From: an uncultured Clostridia bacterium | Lineage (GTDB): Bacteria; Bacillota; Clostridia; Christensenellales; UBA1242 | Assembly: GCA_944349895.1 (NCBI GenBank) | Contig: CALVNQ010000004.1 | Location: 1 to 59,473, forward strand | Direction of reading: 5' to 3' | DNA length: 59,473 nt | Shown: positions 37,153 through 47,526 of the stretch, in pieces | Layout: the number at the start of each line of letters is the position of its first letter | How positions within the stretch are numbered: the stretch's first letter is position 1 | The notes under the pieces: generated by a model | Database searches by the model: none | What the model was told of the DNA's origin: nothing | What the model saw: the letters and a program-made list of their open reading frames with translations, nothing else | Position numbers and translations under genes: made by a program

Positions 37153-38475
37153 TTATTTACCTACACAAAATTTTGAAAATATTAACGAAATTATGTCCTC
37201 ATTTTCAGTCTCGCCGGTTATCTTACCAAGCTCTTTCCAAACTTTTTTAATCAACATAGATATTATTTCTAAACTTTCATTTTTAACACTAAAAATTTCA
37301 TCTATTTGTTTTTCAGCTTCTTTTAAATGATTAAGTTGTCTTTCATTTGTAACAACCAATCCATTAAAATTTATCTCATTTTTTATAATTGTATCATAAA
37401 TTTTTTGTTTTAATTGTTCGATATTACTTTCCAATTTTGCCGACACTGAAATTTCATTTTCTTGTTTTTTCATTTTTCTTTTCAAATCTTTTTTGTTTAT
37501 TACTGATATAAATGGTTTTTTAATAATCTTTAATATATCATTATCATTTTTTGTAAATTCTTCACTTCCATCATAAATTAATAAAACTAAATCACATTCT
37601 TCTAGCTTTTCTTTGCTCTTTTCTATGCCAATTTTTTCAATATCGTCATTACTATCTCTTATTCCTGCTGTATCAAAAAAGTTAAATCTAATTCCTTGGA
37701 AATCTACCTTTGCTTCTATTACATCTCTTGTAGTGCCCTCTGTCGATGTTACTATGGCTTTATTTTCACCAATTAATGCATTAAGCAAACTGCTTTTTCC
37801 AACGTTAGCTTTTCCTACCAAAGCAACATTGACTCCATTTCTTATATATCTTGCTGCGTCTGCATTTTTTAAAGTTTCTCTTAATGAAAGTTGAATAGCA
37901 TCTAATTTTTCAAAAATTTTATCTCTTACAACTTCATTTTCGTCTTCTTCTGGATAATCCATTGTAACTTCAATTTCAGCTAACAGCATTGTCAGATCAC
38001 TTTGAATATTTTTTATTTTATCTAATAATTTGCCAGAAGCTGAAGATAAAACACTTTTAAGCTCAGCTTCACTTTCACTGTTTATTTCACCAATAATGGA
38101 TTCAGCTTCGTCTAAAGAAATTTTACCGTTTTCAAATGCTCTTTTAGAAAATTCTCCTGGTTCTGCTAAAACTGCTCCTTCCTCTATCAATTTTTGCTGA
38201 ATCTTTCTCGCCAATATAATTCCACCATGAATATGAAACTCAACAATATCTTCTCCTGTGAAGGAATTAGGGCTTTTGAAATATACCATTAAACATTTTT
38301 CTGTAATTCCTTGTTCAATAATAAACTTACCAAGAATCATTTTTCTTGGTTCAATATTTTCTTTGCATAAAAAAACTTTTTTGGCAATAAATAAACTTTT
38401 ATCACCACTTAATCTAACAATTGAAATAGCTCCTTTACCCATTGGAGTTGAAATTGCAACTATAGTATTATTCAT
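37153..38475 (-). CDS. mnmE: tRNA modification GTPase (TrmE)
   Basis: MNNTIVAISTP, SFTGED, GKANVGKSS, GTTRD, DTAGIR, NKKD, FCVGK. Start moved to ATG 38475. Confidence 0.96.
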   Translation of the reverse strand: MNNTIVAISTPMGKGAISIVRLSGDKSLFIAKKVFLCKENIEPRKMILGKFIIEQGITEKCLMVYFKSPNSFTGEDIVEFHIHGGIILARKIQQKLIEEGAVLAEPGEFSKRAFENGKISLDEAESIIGEINSESEAELKSVLSSASGKLLDKIKNIQSDLTMLLAEIEVTMDYPEEDENEVVRDKIFEKLDAIQLSLRETLKNADAARYIRNGVNVALVGKANVGKSSLLNALIGENKAIVTSTEGTTRDVIEAKVDFQGIRFNFFDTAGIRDSNDDIEKIGIEKSKEKLEECDLVLLIYDGSEEFTKNDNDILKIIKKPFISVINKKDLKRKMKKQENEISVSAKLESNIEQLKQKIYDTIIKNEINFNGLVVTNERQLNHLKEAEKQIDEIFSVKNESLEIISMLIKKVWKELGKITGETENEDIISLIFSKFCVGK

Positions 38476-38523
38476 ATTTAAGTAGTATATCACACAAGCA
38501 GATATTTTCAATAACTTTTTTAT

Positions 38524-38546
38524 AAAAAAAGGTGCTTTTTGCACCT
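38524..38546 (-). terminator. Intrinsic terminator after jag
   Basis: Minus strand AGGTGC-AAAAA-GCACC-TTTTTTT. Confidence 0.8.
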
Positions 38547-39342
38547 ATTCTTTATATTCTCTAGGAAATATAATAACATATCTTTTTGGTTCTGTTCCTT
38601 TAGACATTGTTGTAACTTTATCATTATCTTGTAAAGCCATATGAATTTGTCGTCTTTCACTTGCATCCATAGGTTCTAATTTTGCATATCTTCCGGTTTT
38701 AGCAACTTTATTTGCCATTCTGTTTGCTAATGCTTTTAACGATTCAGCTCTTTTTTCTCTATAATCACAAATGTCTAAAACTTGTTTTTTATTTTCTCTT
38801 TTGCAAACCGTATTCATAATGTAAGATAAAGCAAACAAACATTCTCCTCTATAACCTATTAAATCATTAAGGCCTTCTCCATTTATTGCTATTTTTATTA
38901 CTTCATCTTCTTCTATTTGACTAACAACAGCTTCCTTACCATAAGCTTTAATTAATCCTTCAATAAAATCAACGGCTGAGGGTCTTGCTTCATTTTTGAT
39001 TTGATTCTTTTCTTGAATTATAATTTCATCAGACTTTTCATCTTCAATAATCTGATTTTTCTCAAAATTTTCTTCTTCATTAAAAATTTTTTTATCATTT
39101 TCAATCAAATCTACTTTTTCGGTATTGTTTTTAAAGCTTTCTTCTTCTTTTATTTTTTTTCTTTTATCATATTTTTCTACCGCATCTTCAGAAATTGAAA
39201 CAATAACTTTTGCTTTTTTAAATAATCCACCTTCGCTTAGAATTTCAATATCCACATCTTCTCGTGGAGCTTTAAGTTCAAACAGTGCATTTTCAATTGC
39301 TTGTTCAATATTCTTACCGGTCGCTTCAACGCTAGTTTTCAT
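38545..39342 (-). CDS. jag: Jag/EloR/KhpB RNA-binding protein
   Basis: Jag_N (VEATGKNIEQAIE), KH (LIGYRGE), R3H (ERRQIH) domains; follows yidC. Confidence 0.93.
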   Translation of the reverse strand: MKTSVEATGKNIEQAIENALFELKAPREDVDIEILSEGGLFKKAKVIVSISEDAVEKYDKRKKIKEEESFKNNTEKVDLIENDKKIFNEEENFEKNQIIEDEKSDEIIIQEKNQIKNEARPSAVDFIEGLIKAYGKEAVVSQIEEDEVIKIAINGEGLNDLIGYRGECLFALSYIMNTVCKRENKKQVLDICDYREKRAESLKALANRMANKVAKTGRYAKLEPMDASERRQIHMALQDNDKVTTMSKGTEPKRYVIIFPREYKE

Positions 39343-39366
39343 TTTTTTCCTCCTAATGAGATTATA

Positions 39367-40752
39367 TCATTTTCTTCGATAATCAACAACTAATTTATTC
39401 TTTTCTTCTTCTTTCTTTTCTTGATGAGCTTCCCATTTTTTTATTATCAAGTTTTCCAAAGGTGCTAAAGCAGCACTTATAGCTTGACTAACAACCATAT
39501 AAATAGCAAACACAGAGTTATAGAAGATAGCAAATATTCCCATTATCAAAGGCATAATAAGCATTAATATTTTTCCACCTGCAGGAGCTTGTGTTTTCTG
39601 CCCTTTCTGTTTGTTTCCAAGATTTGTTAAAAAAATTGCAAGAAAACTTATTCCTATACTGAGAATAGCCAAAATCAAATAACCATTAACTCTTCCAACT
39701 CTATTACTTAAAGAAGGCATGAAAGCATTGTAAATTGTGTTTTCATATTTTGAAACATTATTGGATCCTATTTCGTTTTTAAATTCCTCAAATGTCAGTA
39801 TAGATTTTGTAAATGGACTGTCTGCTACCCAATAATTTTCAATCCACAAAAAATTTGATTTTTCTGGACTGTTTTCATAACAATCTTGAATGTAATTTAA
39901 GCTAAAAAATTCTATTGCTTCTTTTAAAGTTACTTCTCTGTTTTCTTCAATTAATTCTCCTCCAACATAATTTGGATCATCAATCTTAGTCTCATCCTCA
40001 TTTGTTACTTGCCTCAAAGTTACAAATTTATAAATTAGTTGAGATATTGCTTCATCTGATGAAATAACCACTTCTTCTTGTATTATTTCTCCCGATTCAT
40101 TCTCTTTTTCAATTGTTGTTTTATAAGAAAAATCTGTTTTGAATTTTTCCCTTGCAATTTCAGTCTCCCCATTGTTAACAACAATCTTTTTAACAATTTG
40201 ATTTTTGCCATCAACAATTTCACTTTCTTCAATAATTTTAAAACTTATATTTTCATAATTTTTGAAAATTTCAAATTCATTACTTTCATATTTTTCATTG
40301 ACAACGTTTAATACATTTGCATAATTGTATTTCAAATAATCATATTGTTGACTTATTTTATAGTCAGCCATATTGTTTAATCCAGCAAACAAAGTAAAAA
40401 ATATTACCATGTTTAAAGCTAAAAAAACTAACATGAAAACACAACTTCCAGTCATAGAAAAATTATATCTTTTATATAGTTCCTGTGTTTTTTGATTTAA
40501 TAAATTTCTATCTGCTCCATATCTTGCCTTGATTTTTTCAAGTTCTGGTTGCATTTTCATTTGAATTCTTGTATTTTTTTTATTAATTTTTTTATTTATA
40601 GTATCAAGTGGTGCCCAAATTATTCTAATAACGAGTGTTAATAAAACAACAGCTAAAATATAACTTCCTACTCCTGATTCAAAAGCTTTTATTATTGTTT
40701 CCCAAACTCCATTTGGTTCTGACACTGATAACAGCATGTTTAAAACAGCCAT
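39367..40752 (-). CDS. yidC: Membrane protein insertase YidC with a large internal insertion
   Basis: [47 protein letters not shown]; lies between yidD and jag. Confidence 0.9.
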   Translation of the reverse strand: MAVLNMLLSVSEPNGVWETIIKAFESGVGSYILAVVLLTLVIRIIWAPLDTINKKINKKNTRIQMKMQPELEKIKARYGADRNLLNQKTQELYKRYNFSMTGSCVFMLVFLALNMVIFFTLFAGLNNMADYKISQQYDYLKYNYANVLNVVNEKYESNEFEIFKNYENISFKIIEESEIVDGKNQIVKKIVVNNGETEIAREKFKTDFSYKTTIEKENESGEIIQEEVVISSDEAISQLIYKFVTLRQVTNEDETKIDDPNYVGGELIEENREVTLKEAIEFFSLNYIQDCYENSPEKSNFLWIENYWVADSPFTKSILTFEEFKNEIGSNNVSKYENTIYNAFMPSLSNRVGRVNGYLILAILSIGISFLAIFLTNLGNKQKGQKTQAPAGGKILMLIMPLIMGIFAIFYNSVFAIYMVVSQAISAALAPLENLIIKKWEAHQEKKEEEKNKLVVDYRRK

Positions 40753-41006
40753 TTAGTTTCTCCTTTTATATTAATTGGGACAGGATCAAATCCTGAAAAT
40801 TTACTTCTTGGAGTACACTTACTTAATCTTTTAATACCTAAAAATGAACCTTTAAAAATTCCAAATTCTTGTATAGCTTTAATAAAATAGTTAGAACAGC
40901 TCGGATTAAATCTACAAACATGTGGGAGAATTGGAGAAATTAAAAATTTATAAAAGTAAATAGGCAAACAAAAGATGAATTTTATTGGAAAAGTTAAAAA
41001 TTTCAT
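40740..41006 (-). CDS. yidD: Membrane protein insertion efficiency factor
   Basis: [30 protein letters not shown]. Confidence 0.93.
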   Translation of the reverse strand: MKFLTFPIKFIFCLPIYFYKFLISPILPHVCRFNPSCSNYFIKAIQEFGIFKGSFLGIKRLSKCTPRSKFSGFDPVPINIKGETKWLF

Positions 41007-41314
41007 GATTCAAACAACTTATAAATTTGTTGTTTCAGCTCATCAAAACTTAAATCTGCTGATCCTGGATAAGCTAATAAAATATAATTAAAATAATTTT
41101 TTGGTAAATTATTTAATCTTACTATTTCCTTAAGTCTTCTTTTTAACTTATTTCTTTTGTTTGCCTTCCCAATTTTTTTTGAAATTGAATAACCTATTTT
41201 ATAATTTTTAAATTTACTTGGAACTGAAAAAAGTGTAAAATTTTGAGATGAAACTTTTTTACCCTTTCTATAAATATAAGCAAATTGTTTTGCTTTTTTC
41301 AGTCTGTGATCCAT
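41003..41314 (-). CDS. rnpA: Ribonuclease P protein component
   Basis: [33 protein letters not shown]; follows rpmH. Confidence 0.93.
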   Translation of the reverse strand: MDHRLKKAKQFAYIYRKGKKVSSQNFTLFSVPSKFKNYKIGYSISKKIGKANKRNKLKRRLKEIVRLNNLPKNYFNYILLAYPGSADLSFDELKQQIYKLFES

Positions 41315-41323
41315 TTTTAATCC

Positions 41324-41458
41324 TTAAGCTGCAAGATTTTTTCTTCCACGAGCACGTCTTCTTTTTATAACATTTCTGCCACCGTTAGTGCGCATTCTTT
41401 CTCTAAAGCCATGAACTTTTTTTCTTTTAGCTTTTTTAGGTTGATAAGTTCTTTTCAT
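41324..41458 (-). CDS. rpmH: 50S ribosomal protein L34
   Basis: Not in the track. Manual translation [44 protein letters not shown]; AAGGAGG RBS. Confidence 0.97.
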   Translation of the reverse strand: MKRTYQPKKAKRKKVHGFRERMRTNGGRNVIKRRRARGRKNLAA

Positions 41459-41622
41459 GGTTTACCTCCTTAGGTTAATTTGTAACTCAATAAGTATAAA
41501 AGAAATTCATTTCTTTGTCAACTCAAAATTTATTTTTCTTTTTAATAATCCTGTTTAAATATATAATATTTTTACATATTTAAATAATTTGTAAAAAAAT
41601 GACTATTTTAAAAACAGTCATT

Positions 41623-42723
41623 TTAACCAAACATTCTAACCGGTAAAATTAAATATAAAAATTCATCTCCTTCTGTTGGAACAATAACACAAGGGTTAGA
41701 TGGTGTGTTCAGACAAAGTTTAACAAATTCATCTGAGTTTGCTTTTAAACTTTCTAGTATAAACCGTGGATTAAAAGCTATAGTAACATCCTTTCCATTT
41801 AAAACTGCTGATATTTTTTCTTTTATATTTCCTATTTCAGAATTTGAAGTAAGCAAAACACTTGATTCTTTAATATCAAACTTAACAAAATTATTTTGCC
41901 CTACTTTACTCAAAAGAGAAACCCTTTCAAGAGCATCTTCAATTTGGACTTTATTAACAATAACAAAGGTTTCATAATTCATTGGTATTATTTGTTTATA
42001 ATTAACAAAGTCTCCTTCAAGTAACCTAGAAATTATTTTTGTGTCTGTTGTATCTATCATGATTGCATTTGAATCCACATAAATATTTATTATTTCATCT
42101 TCGTCTTCTATTAATTTTGAAATTTCGTTTAAAGATCTTGCAGGTACAACTATTTGTTTTTTAAAATTAGAAGTAACTTTTTTCTTAACTCTGGATAATC
42201 TATAACCATCTAATGCAACAGCGTTTATTTCTTTTTGATCAATATCAAAAAGAACTCCTTTCAATATTGGTCTTGAATCATCTAGTGCAACTGAAAAAAT
42301 TGTTTTATTTATTATTGTTTTTAAATCTTTTTTACTTATTCCAAACCATTCTTCAGTGCTTATTTTTCTGAATCCTGGATATTCTACAGGATTATAGCAT
42401 TGAATAACACTTTCGTTTCCATCATACCTAATAAGCAACTGATTTTTTTCATTTACTTCAAGCTCTATGTCCGAATTAGATAATTTTTTAACAAACTCAG
42501 TTATAAATTTTCCTGGAACAACTGTTTCTCCTTCAATTTTAATGTCAGCTTTAATTTTCTTTTCTATAGATAAATCTGTGTCAGTAGCGCTTAAAGTTAG
42601 TTCGTTATCTTCAGCTGACAATTTAATTCCTTCTAAAATTGGATTTGTAACCTTATTTGAAATTGCTTTACTTACTCTTAAAAAAGCATCTGACAATTCT
42701 AATCCCATACAGTTTAATAACAT
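41623..42723 (-). CDS. dnaN: DNA polymerase III beta clamp
   Basis: PILEGI, ATDTDLSI, SRPILKGV, VALDGYRL, SRLLEGDF, LILPVR. Start ATG 42723 behind AAGGAG; terminator at about 41594-41624. Confidence 0.96.
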   Translation of the reverse strand: MLLNCMGLELSDAFLRVSKAISNKVTNPILEGIKLSAEDNELTLSATDTDLSIEKKIKADIKIEGETVVPGKFITEFVKKLSNSDIELEVNEKNQLLIRYDGNESVIQCYNPVEYPGFRKISTEEWFGISKKDLKTIINKTIFSVALDDSRPILKGVLFDIDQKEINAVALDGYRLSRVKKKVTSNFKKQIVVPARSLNEISKLIEDEDEIINIYVDSNAIMIDTTDTKIISRLLEGDFVNYKQIIPMNYETFVIVNKVQIEDALERVSLLSKVGQNNFVKFDIKESSVLLTSNSEIGNIKEKISAVLNGKDVTIAFNPRFILESLKANSDEFVKLCLNTPSNPCVIVPTEGDEFLYLILPVRMFG

Positions 42724-42759
42724 TTTTATTCTCCTTTTTTTGACTGCCGCCATTGTTTT

Positions 42760-42944
42760 ATTTATTTTATTTTTTTAATTATTAGTTTTATTATTAGTGA
42801 ATGTGTAAATGTGGATAAAAATTTTCTTTTACTATAATTTGTTTTTTTGATTGTAAATTTAAAAAGTTTTATACAATATATAGTTTTAATTTTTGTGGAT
42901 AAGTATGTTTATAAAATCGTACATTAAAAACCAATTTATCCACT
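42760..42944. other. Replication origin oriC (dnaA-dnaN intergenic region)
   Basis: DnaA boxes TGTGGATAA at 42810-42818 and 42894-42902, TTATCCACT at 42936-42944, degenerate TGTGTAAAT at 42802. Adjacent TAT-TAG-TTT-TAT-TAT-TAG trio-like run and AT-rich tract. Gene strand bias switches near here. Confidence 0.85.
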
Positions 42945-44300
42945 TGTCAACATTTTTTTAATTTCGCTAACAAAGGTTTGAGTTTTTCTATTAGTTTTAA
43001 GCTCTGTAGAAATTTTGTCTCTAGCATGCATTATTGTTGTATGGTCTCTTCCGCCAAAAATTTTTCCTATAGAAACTAATGGTAATTCAAGCATATCACT
43101 TATCATATATATAGCTATCATTCTTGGTTCCACGATATCTTTGCTCTTCTTTTTTCCAACAATATCATTTTTGGTAATATCAAAATATTCACAAACAGCA
43201 TTTATTATTTGATCAGCAGTTTTACCACCTTCATTTTTTTCTTCATATTTATCGCTAAAAGCTTCTTTTACATCGTTGATATCAGCCAATGTTTTTCCTA
43301 TGAGGTTTGATAAAAAGCAAACTTTTGAAAGCATTCCTTCAAGTTCACGAACATTAGAGTCTATTTTTTCAGCTATATAAGAAATAGCATCTTCGGAAAT
43401 AGAGTATTTTTCTATTTGACATTTTTTTCTTAATATAGCAACTCTGGTTTCAAAATCCGGAGATTGAAGATCTTGTATTAAACCCATAGTAAATCTCGAT
43501 CGTAATCTTTCTTCCAAAGTTTCTATTTCTTTAGGAGGTCTATCAGAAGAAATAATAATTTGTTTTCCAAATTGGTGTAAATCATTAAAAGTATTAAAAA
43601 ATTCTTCCTGAGTGCTTGTTTTTTTAGAAATAAATTGTATGTCATCCACCATTAAAACATCACATTTTCTATACTTATCTCTAAATTCAGAGTAAGTTTT
43701 TGTTTTACCTGCAGAACCAAGAGATTCTATATAATCATTAGTAAATTGTTCACAAGTGACATATTTAATTTTTAAATTAGGTTTTGATTCTCTTATAAAA
43801 TTGCCAATTGCATGAAGAAGATGTGTTTTTCCTAAGCCAACACCACCATAAATAAAGAGAGGGTTAAAACTTTTTCCAGGATTTTCTGCGACAGCCTTTG
43901 CTGCTGCATAGGCAGTTTGATTGCATTTACCAACAACAAAATTATTAAAAGTATATTTTGTATTAAATGGATTTTTAGAAGAATCTATTTCTTTTGAAAC
44001 AGATTTAGGTTTGTTTTTAGATATATATTCTTTTTCCTCAGAAGGATCAAAAATTTCAATTTCAATATTTTCACCGAACACTTCATCCACTGCTGATTTT
44101 AATTTATCAAAGTAATTTTTTAAAATTTGATTTTTAGCAAATGTTGACTTTGCACAAAGATAAAGAACGTTATTACTTGAAAAATCAACAACTTTTAAAG
44201 GATTAAACCACATAACAAAAGAAACGTTTGAAACCGAAAGTTCAAGCTTTTCTAAAACAATATTCCATAAATTATTTATTTCTTGCATTTGTACTTCCAC
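42936..44300 (-). CDS. dnaA: Chromosomal replication initiator
   Basis: YTFNNFVVG, NPLFIYGGVGLGKTHL, VDDIQF, NVRELEG, FGGRDHTTIMH. Start is GTG 44300 or ATG 44288. Confidence 0.97.
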   Translation of the reverse strand: MEVQMQEINNLWNIVLEKLELSVSNVSFVMWFNPLKVVDFSSNNVLYLCAKSTFAKNQILKNYFDKLKSAVDEVFGENIEIEIFDPSEEKEYISKNKPKSVSKEIDSSKNPFNTKYTFNNFVVGKCNQTAYAAAKAVAENPGKSFNPLFIYGGVGLGKTHLLHAIGNFIRESKPNLKIKYVTCEQFTNDYIESLGSAGKTKTYSEFRDKYRKCDVLMVDDIQFISKKTSTQEEFFNTFNDLHQFGKQIIISSDRPPKEIETLEERLRSRFTMGLIQDLQSPDFETRVAILRKKCQIEKYSISEDAISYIAEKIDSNVRELEGMLSKVCFLSNLIGKTLADINDVKEAFSDKYEEKNEGGKTADQIINAVCEYFDITKNDIVGKKKSKDIVEPRMIAIYMISDMLELPLVSIGKIFGGRDHTTIMHARDKISTELKTNRKTQTFVSEIKKMLTSG

Positions 44301-44435
44301 AATCCTAAATTAAAATATATAACAATTTTACACATAAGAAAAAAATAAGTCAAGTGGGGAAAAGATTTTACAAAAACTTTTATAAAAAAATACAAATTGT
44401 GTTAAATATTTAATCAAATATGATATAATCAAATT

Positions 44436-45497
44436 GTGAAAATTAATGAACTCATACTTAAAAATTTTAGAAACTATAAAGATTTAAAAATTTCTTTTTC
44501 AGAAGATTGTAATTGTTTAGTGGGGAAAAATGCTCAAGGTAAAACCAATCTAATTGAAGCAATTTTTTTTGCATGTCTGGGTAAAAGTTTTAGATGTAAT
44601 AAGGAAAAAGAATTAATAAATTGGAATGAAGAAAAATCTAAAATAATATTAAAGGCAAGTAATGATTTTCGAGAAAAAAAGATTGAAATAGTTTTGCAAA
44701 ATAGACAAAAAAAGAGTGTTAAAATGGACGGAATACCTATAAAAAGAATAGGTGAAGTCTTAGGAGAAATTCCAATTGTATTTTTTTCGCCGGATGAGTT
44801 AAAGTTAGTTAAAGACAGTCCTGAAGAAAGAAGAAGATTTATGAATATTGATCTGTCTCAAACAAACAAAAAATATTTTTATCTTTTGTCGCGTTATGAA
44901 AAAATTTTAGATAATAGAAACAAATTGTTAAAATCAACGAATAACAAAGATGTTATTTTAGATACAATAGATATTTGGAATAAAGCTTTATCAAACATAG
45001 GGTTGAAAATTTTTAAAGAAAGAGAAAATTTTATAAAAAAGATTTCGCCATATGTTGAAAAAGCAAACGAGTTTATTTCTTGTGGTGAAAAACTTACAGT
45101 TGAATATAAAGGAATAGATGTTAATAATGAAGAAGAATACATTAAAAGATTGGAAAAAAATTTTGAGAAAGATTTTAAATTAGGTTATACAACATTTGGT
45201 CCTCACAGAGACGATATTAATATTTATTTAAATGGGGTGGAAGTCAAATCTTTTGGATCCCAAGGTCAACAAAGAACAGCAGCACTTTCATTAAAACTTG
45301 CAGAATTAGAAATAATTAAAGAAAGGGTGGGTGAGTATCCGATATTAATTTTAGATGATGTTTTTTCAGAATTGGATGAGATCAGAAGAGAAAGACTTTT
45401 AAAATTTACAAAAAGATGTCAAACATTTATATCTACAACCGATGAAAAATTTTGTTGTGGAAAAATAATAAGAATAGATAATGGCAAAGTTGTTTAA
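44436..45497 (+). CDS. recF: DNA replication/repair protein RecF
   Basis: NFRNY, GKNAQGKTN, PEERRRF, GPHRDD, GSQGQQRT, LILDDVFSELD. Confidence 0.96.
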   Translation: MKINELILKNFRNYKDLKISFSEDCNCLVGKNAQGKTNLIEAIFFACLGKSFRCNKEKELINWNEEKSKIILKASNDFREKKIEIVLQNRQKKSVKMDGIPIKRIGEVLGEIPIVFFSPDELKLVKDSPEERRRFMNIDLSQTNKKYFYLLSRYEKILDNRNKLLKSTNNKDVILDTIDIWNKALSNIGLKIFKERENFIKKISPYVEKANEFISCGEKLTVEYKGIDVNNEEEYIKRLEKNFEKDFKLGYTTFGPHRDDINIYLNGVEVKSFGSQGQQRTAALSLKLAELEIIKERVGEYPILILDDVFSELDEIRRERLLKFTKRCQTFISTTDEKFCCGKIIRIDNGKVV

Positions 45498-45540
45498 CTG
45501 CTTGACAAATGAAAAACAGACTTATATAATTTGTGTGTTA

Positions 45541-45764
45541 AACGCTATAAGGAAAAAAGAGTATGTTTTTTAAGCGGCTTAAAGTGAGACGGGACAGTGA
45601 AAACCGTTAGTGACTAGCAAAAAACAGAAGACAGTTTTCCAAGTTTAATCGGGATAGCCCGTTAAAGCATAACAACTAAGTGGCTCTTTTTTTTGAGCAA
45701 GTTAGGTGGCACCGCGGAGAATTTTCGTCCTAACGCTTTATTTTTCAGAGCGTTAGTTTTTTTT
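45541..45764 (+). promoter_or_regulatory. Aspartyl T-box riboswitch (canonical, transcriptional)
   Basis: Promoter TTGACA-17-TATAAT (45502-45530). Stem I GGAAAA...TTTTCC with AGTA bulge and GAC specifier (45630-45632), T-box AGGTGGCACCGCG, terminator CTAACGCT...AGCGTTAG plus T-run. Confidence 0.92.
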
Positions 45765-45777
45765 ATAAGGAGAAAAG

Positions 45778-47526
45778 ATGAAAGAAAACATATATAGAAC
45801 TAATAATTGTGGAGAGTTAAGAATAGAAGACGTTGGAAAAAAAGTTAGACTTTCGGGTTGGGTTAACTCTATTAGAAACCTCGGAGGAATAAATTTTTTG
45901 ACATTAAGAGATAATTTTGGAATAACACAACTTTTAATAAGGCAAGACTCTTTATTAAAAGAAGTAACTAAAGAAACAGTAATAAGGATTGAAGGTAAAG
46001 TTGTTGAAAGAGAAAGTAAAAATCCAAGAATGGCGACTGGAGATATTGAAGTCGAAGTTGAAATATTAGATATTTTGGGAAGATGTAAAAATATTTTACC
46101 ATTTGAAATATCAGATGCACCTTCTACTAAAGAAGAATTAAGATTAAAATATAGATTCTTAGATTTGAGAAATCCGGAATTACATGAAAGAATTTTAAAA
46201 AGAGCTAAAATTTTAAAATTTGTTAGAGATAAATTAACTGAATTAGGTTTTACAGAATTTCAAACCCCTATTTTAGCAAACACTTCCCCTGAAGGAGCTA
46301 GAGATTTTATAGTGCCAACGATTTTAGCTCCGGGCGAGTTTTATGCGTTGCCACAATCACCACAACAATTTAAACAACTTTTAATGGTAAGTGGTTTTGA
46401 CAAATATTTTCAAATAGCTCCATGCTTCAGAAATGAAGCAGCACGTGCTGATAGAACTCCGGGGGAATTTTATCAAATAGACATGGAGATGGCTTTTGCA
46501 ACCCAAGAAGATGTTTTTGAAGTTTGTGAAATTTTGGCAACGGAAATATTTAAAAACTTTACAAAATTAGATGTTTGCGAAAAACCATTTAAAAGAATTA
46601 AATGGCGAGAGGCCATTGACCTTTATTGTTCTGATAAGCCAGATTTAAGAAATCCATTAATAGTAAAAGATGTTACAGAAATATTTAAAAACAGTGAGAT
46701 TTCCTTTTTGAAAGAAAAGACGGTAAAAGCTATAAAAATTGATGCTTCACAAAAGTCTAGAAAGTTTTTTGATGAGTTAAGTCAATTTATAGTTTCTATA
46801 GAAGGAAAAGGTGTTGCATGGATAAAAATAAATGAAGGTCAATTAACAGGTTCTATATCAAAAATTTTATCAGAAAGAGAAAAAGATTATTTGATGAATT
46901 CATTTAACTTAAAAGAAGGAGAAGCTGTAGTATTCATTGGAGATGAAGAAGAAAAGGCAATTTATTTGGCAGGAGCTTTAAGAAATGAGTTAGGACAAAA
47001 ATTAGAAATTATTGATAAAAATAAAGTAGAGTTCTGTTGGATAGTTGATTTTCCTTTCTACGAAAAAAACGAAGAGACAGGGAAACCTGATTTTGCACAT
47101 AATCCATTTTCAATGCCTCAGGGAGAAATGAAAGCTCTTAAAGAACAAAACCCTTATGAAATAGTGGCTTATCAATATGATTTAGTTTGCAATGGATACG
47201 AAATGCTTTCGGGTGCAATAAGAAATCATGATCCAGAAATAATGATCAAAGCATTTGAGATAGCTGGATATGATAAAGAAGTTGTAGAGAATAAATTTCC
47301 CGCTTTATATAATGCATTCCAATATGGAGCGCCTCCTCATGCCGGATGTGCGTTTGGGTTTGACAGAATGCTCATGCCGATAATGAACCAGGAGAGCATG
47401 CGAGAGGTAATTGCGTTCCCTTTAAATAAAAACGGAAGAGATTTGTTGATGGGTTCTCCTTCACGACCTTTTGATCAACAACTTAAAGATGTTCATATAA
47501 AATTAGATTTAGAGGAAAGAAAATGA
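45778..47526 (+). CDS. aspS: Aspartate--tRNA ligase
   Basis: [49 protein letters not shown]. Confidence 0.97.
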   Translation: MKENIYRTNNCGELRIEDVGKKVRLSGWVNSIRNLGGINFLTLRDNFGITQLLIRQDSLLKEVTKETVIRIEGKVVERESKNPRMATGDIEVEVEILDILGRCKNILPFEISDAPSTKEELRLKYRFLDLRNPELHERILKRAKILKFVRDKLTELGFTEFQTPILANTSPEGARDFIVPTILAPGEFYALPQSPQQFKQLLMVSGFDKYFQIAPCFRNEAARADRTPGEFYQIDMEMAFATQEDVFEVCEILATEIFKNFTKLDVCEKPFKRIKWREAIDLYCSDKPDLRNPLIVKDVTEIFKNSEISFLKEKTVKAIKIDASQKSRKFFDELSQFIVSIEGKGVAWIKINEGQLTGSISKILSEREKDYLMNSFNLKEGEAVVFIGDEEEKAIYLAGALRNELGQKLEIIDKNKVEFCWIVDFPFYEKNEETGKPDFAHNPFSMPQGEMKALKEQNPYEIVAYQYDLVCNGYEMLSGAIRNHDPEIMIKAFEIAGYDKEVVENKFPALYNAFQYGAPPHAGCAFGFDRMLMPIMNQESMREVIAFPLNKNGRDLLMGSPSRPFDQQLKDVHIKLDLEERK

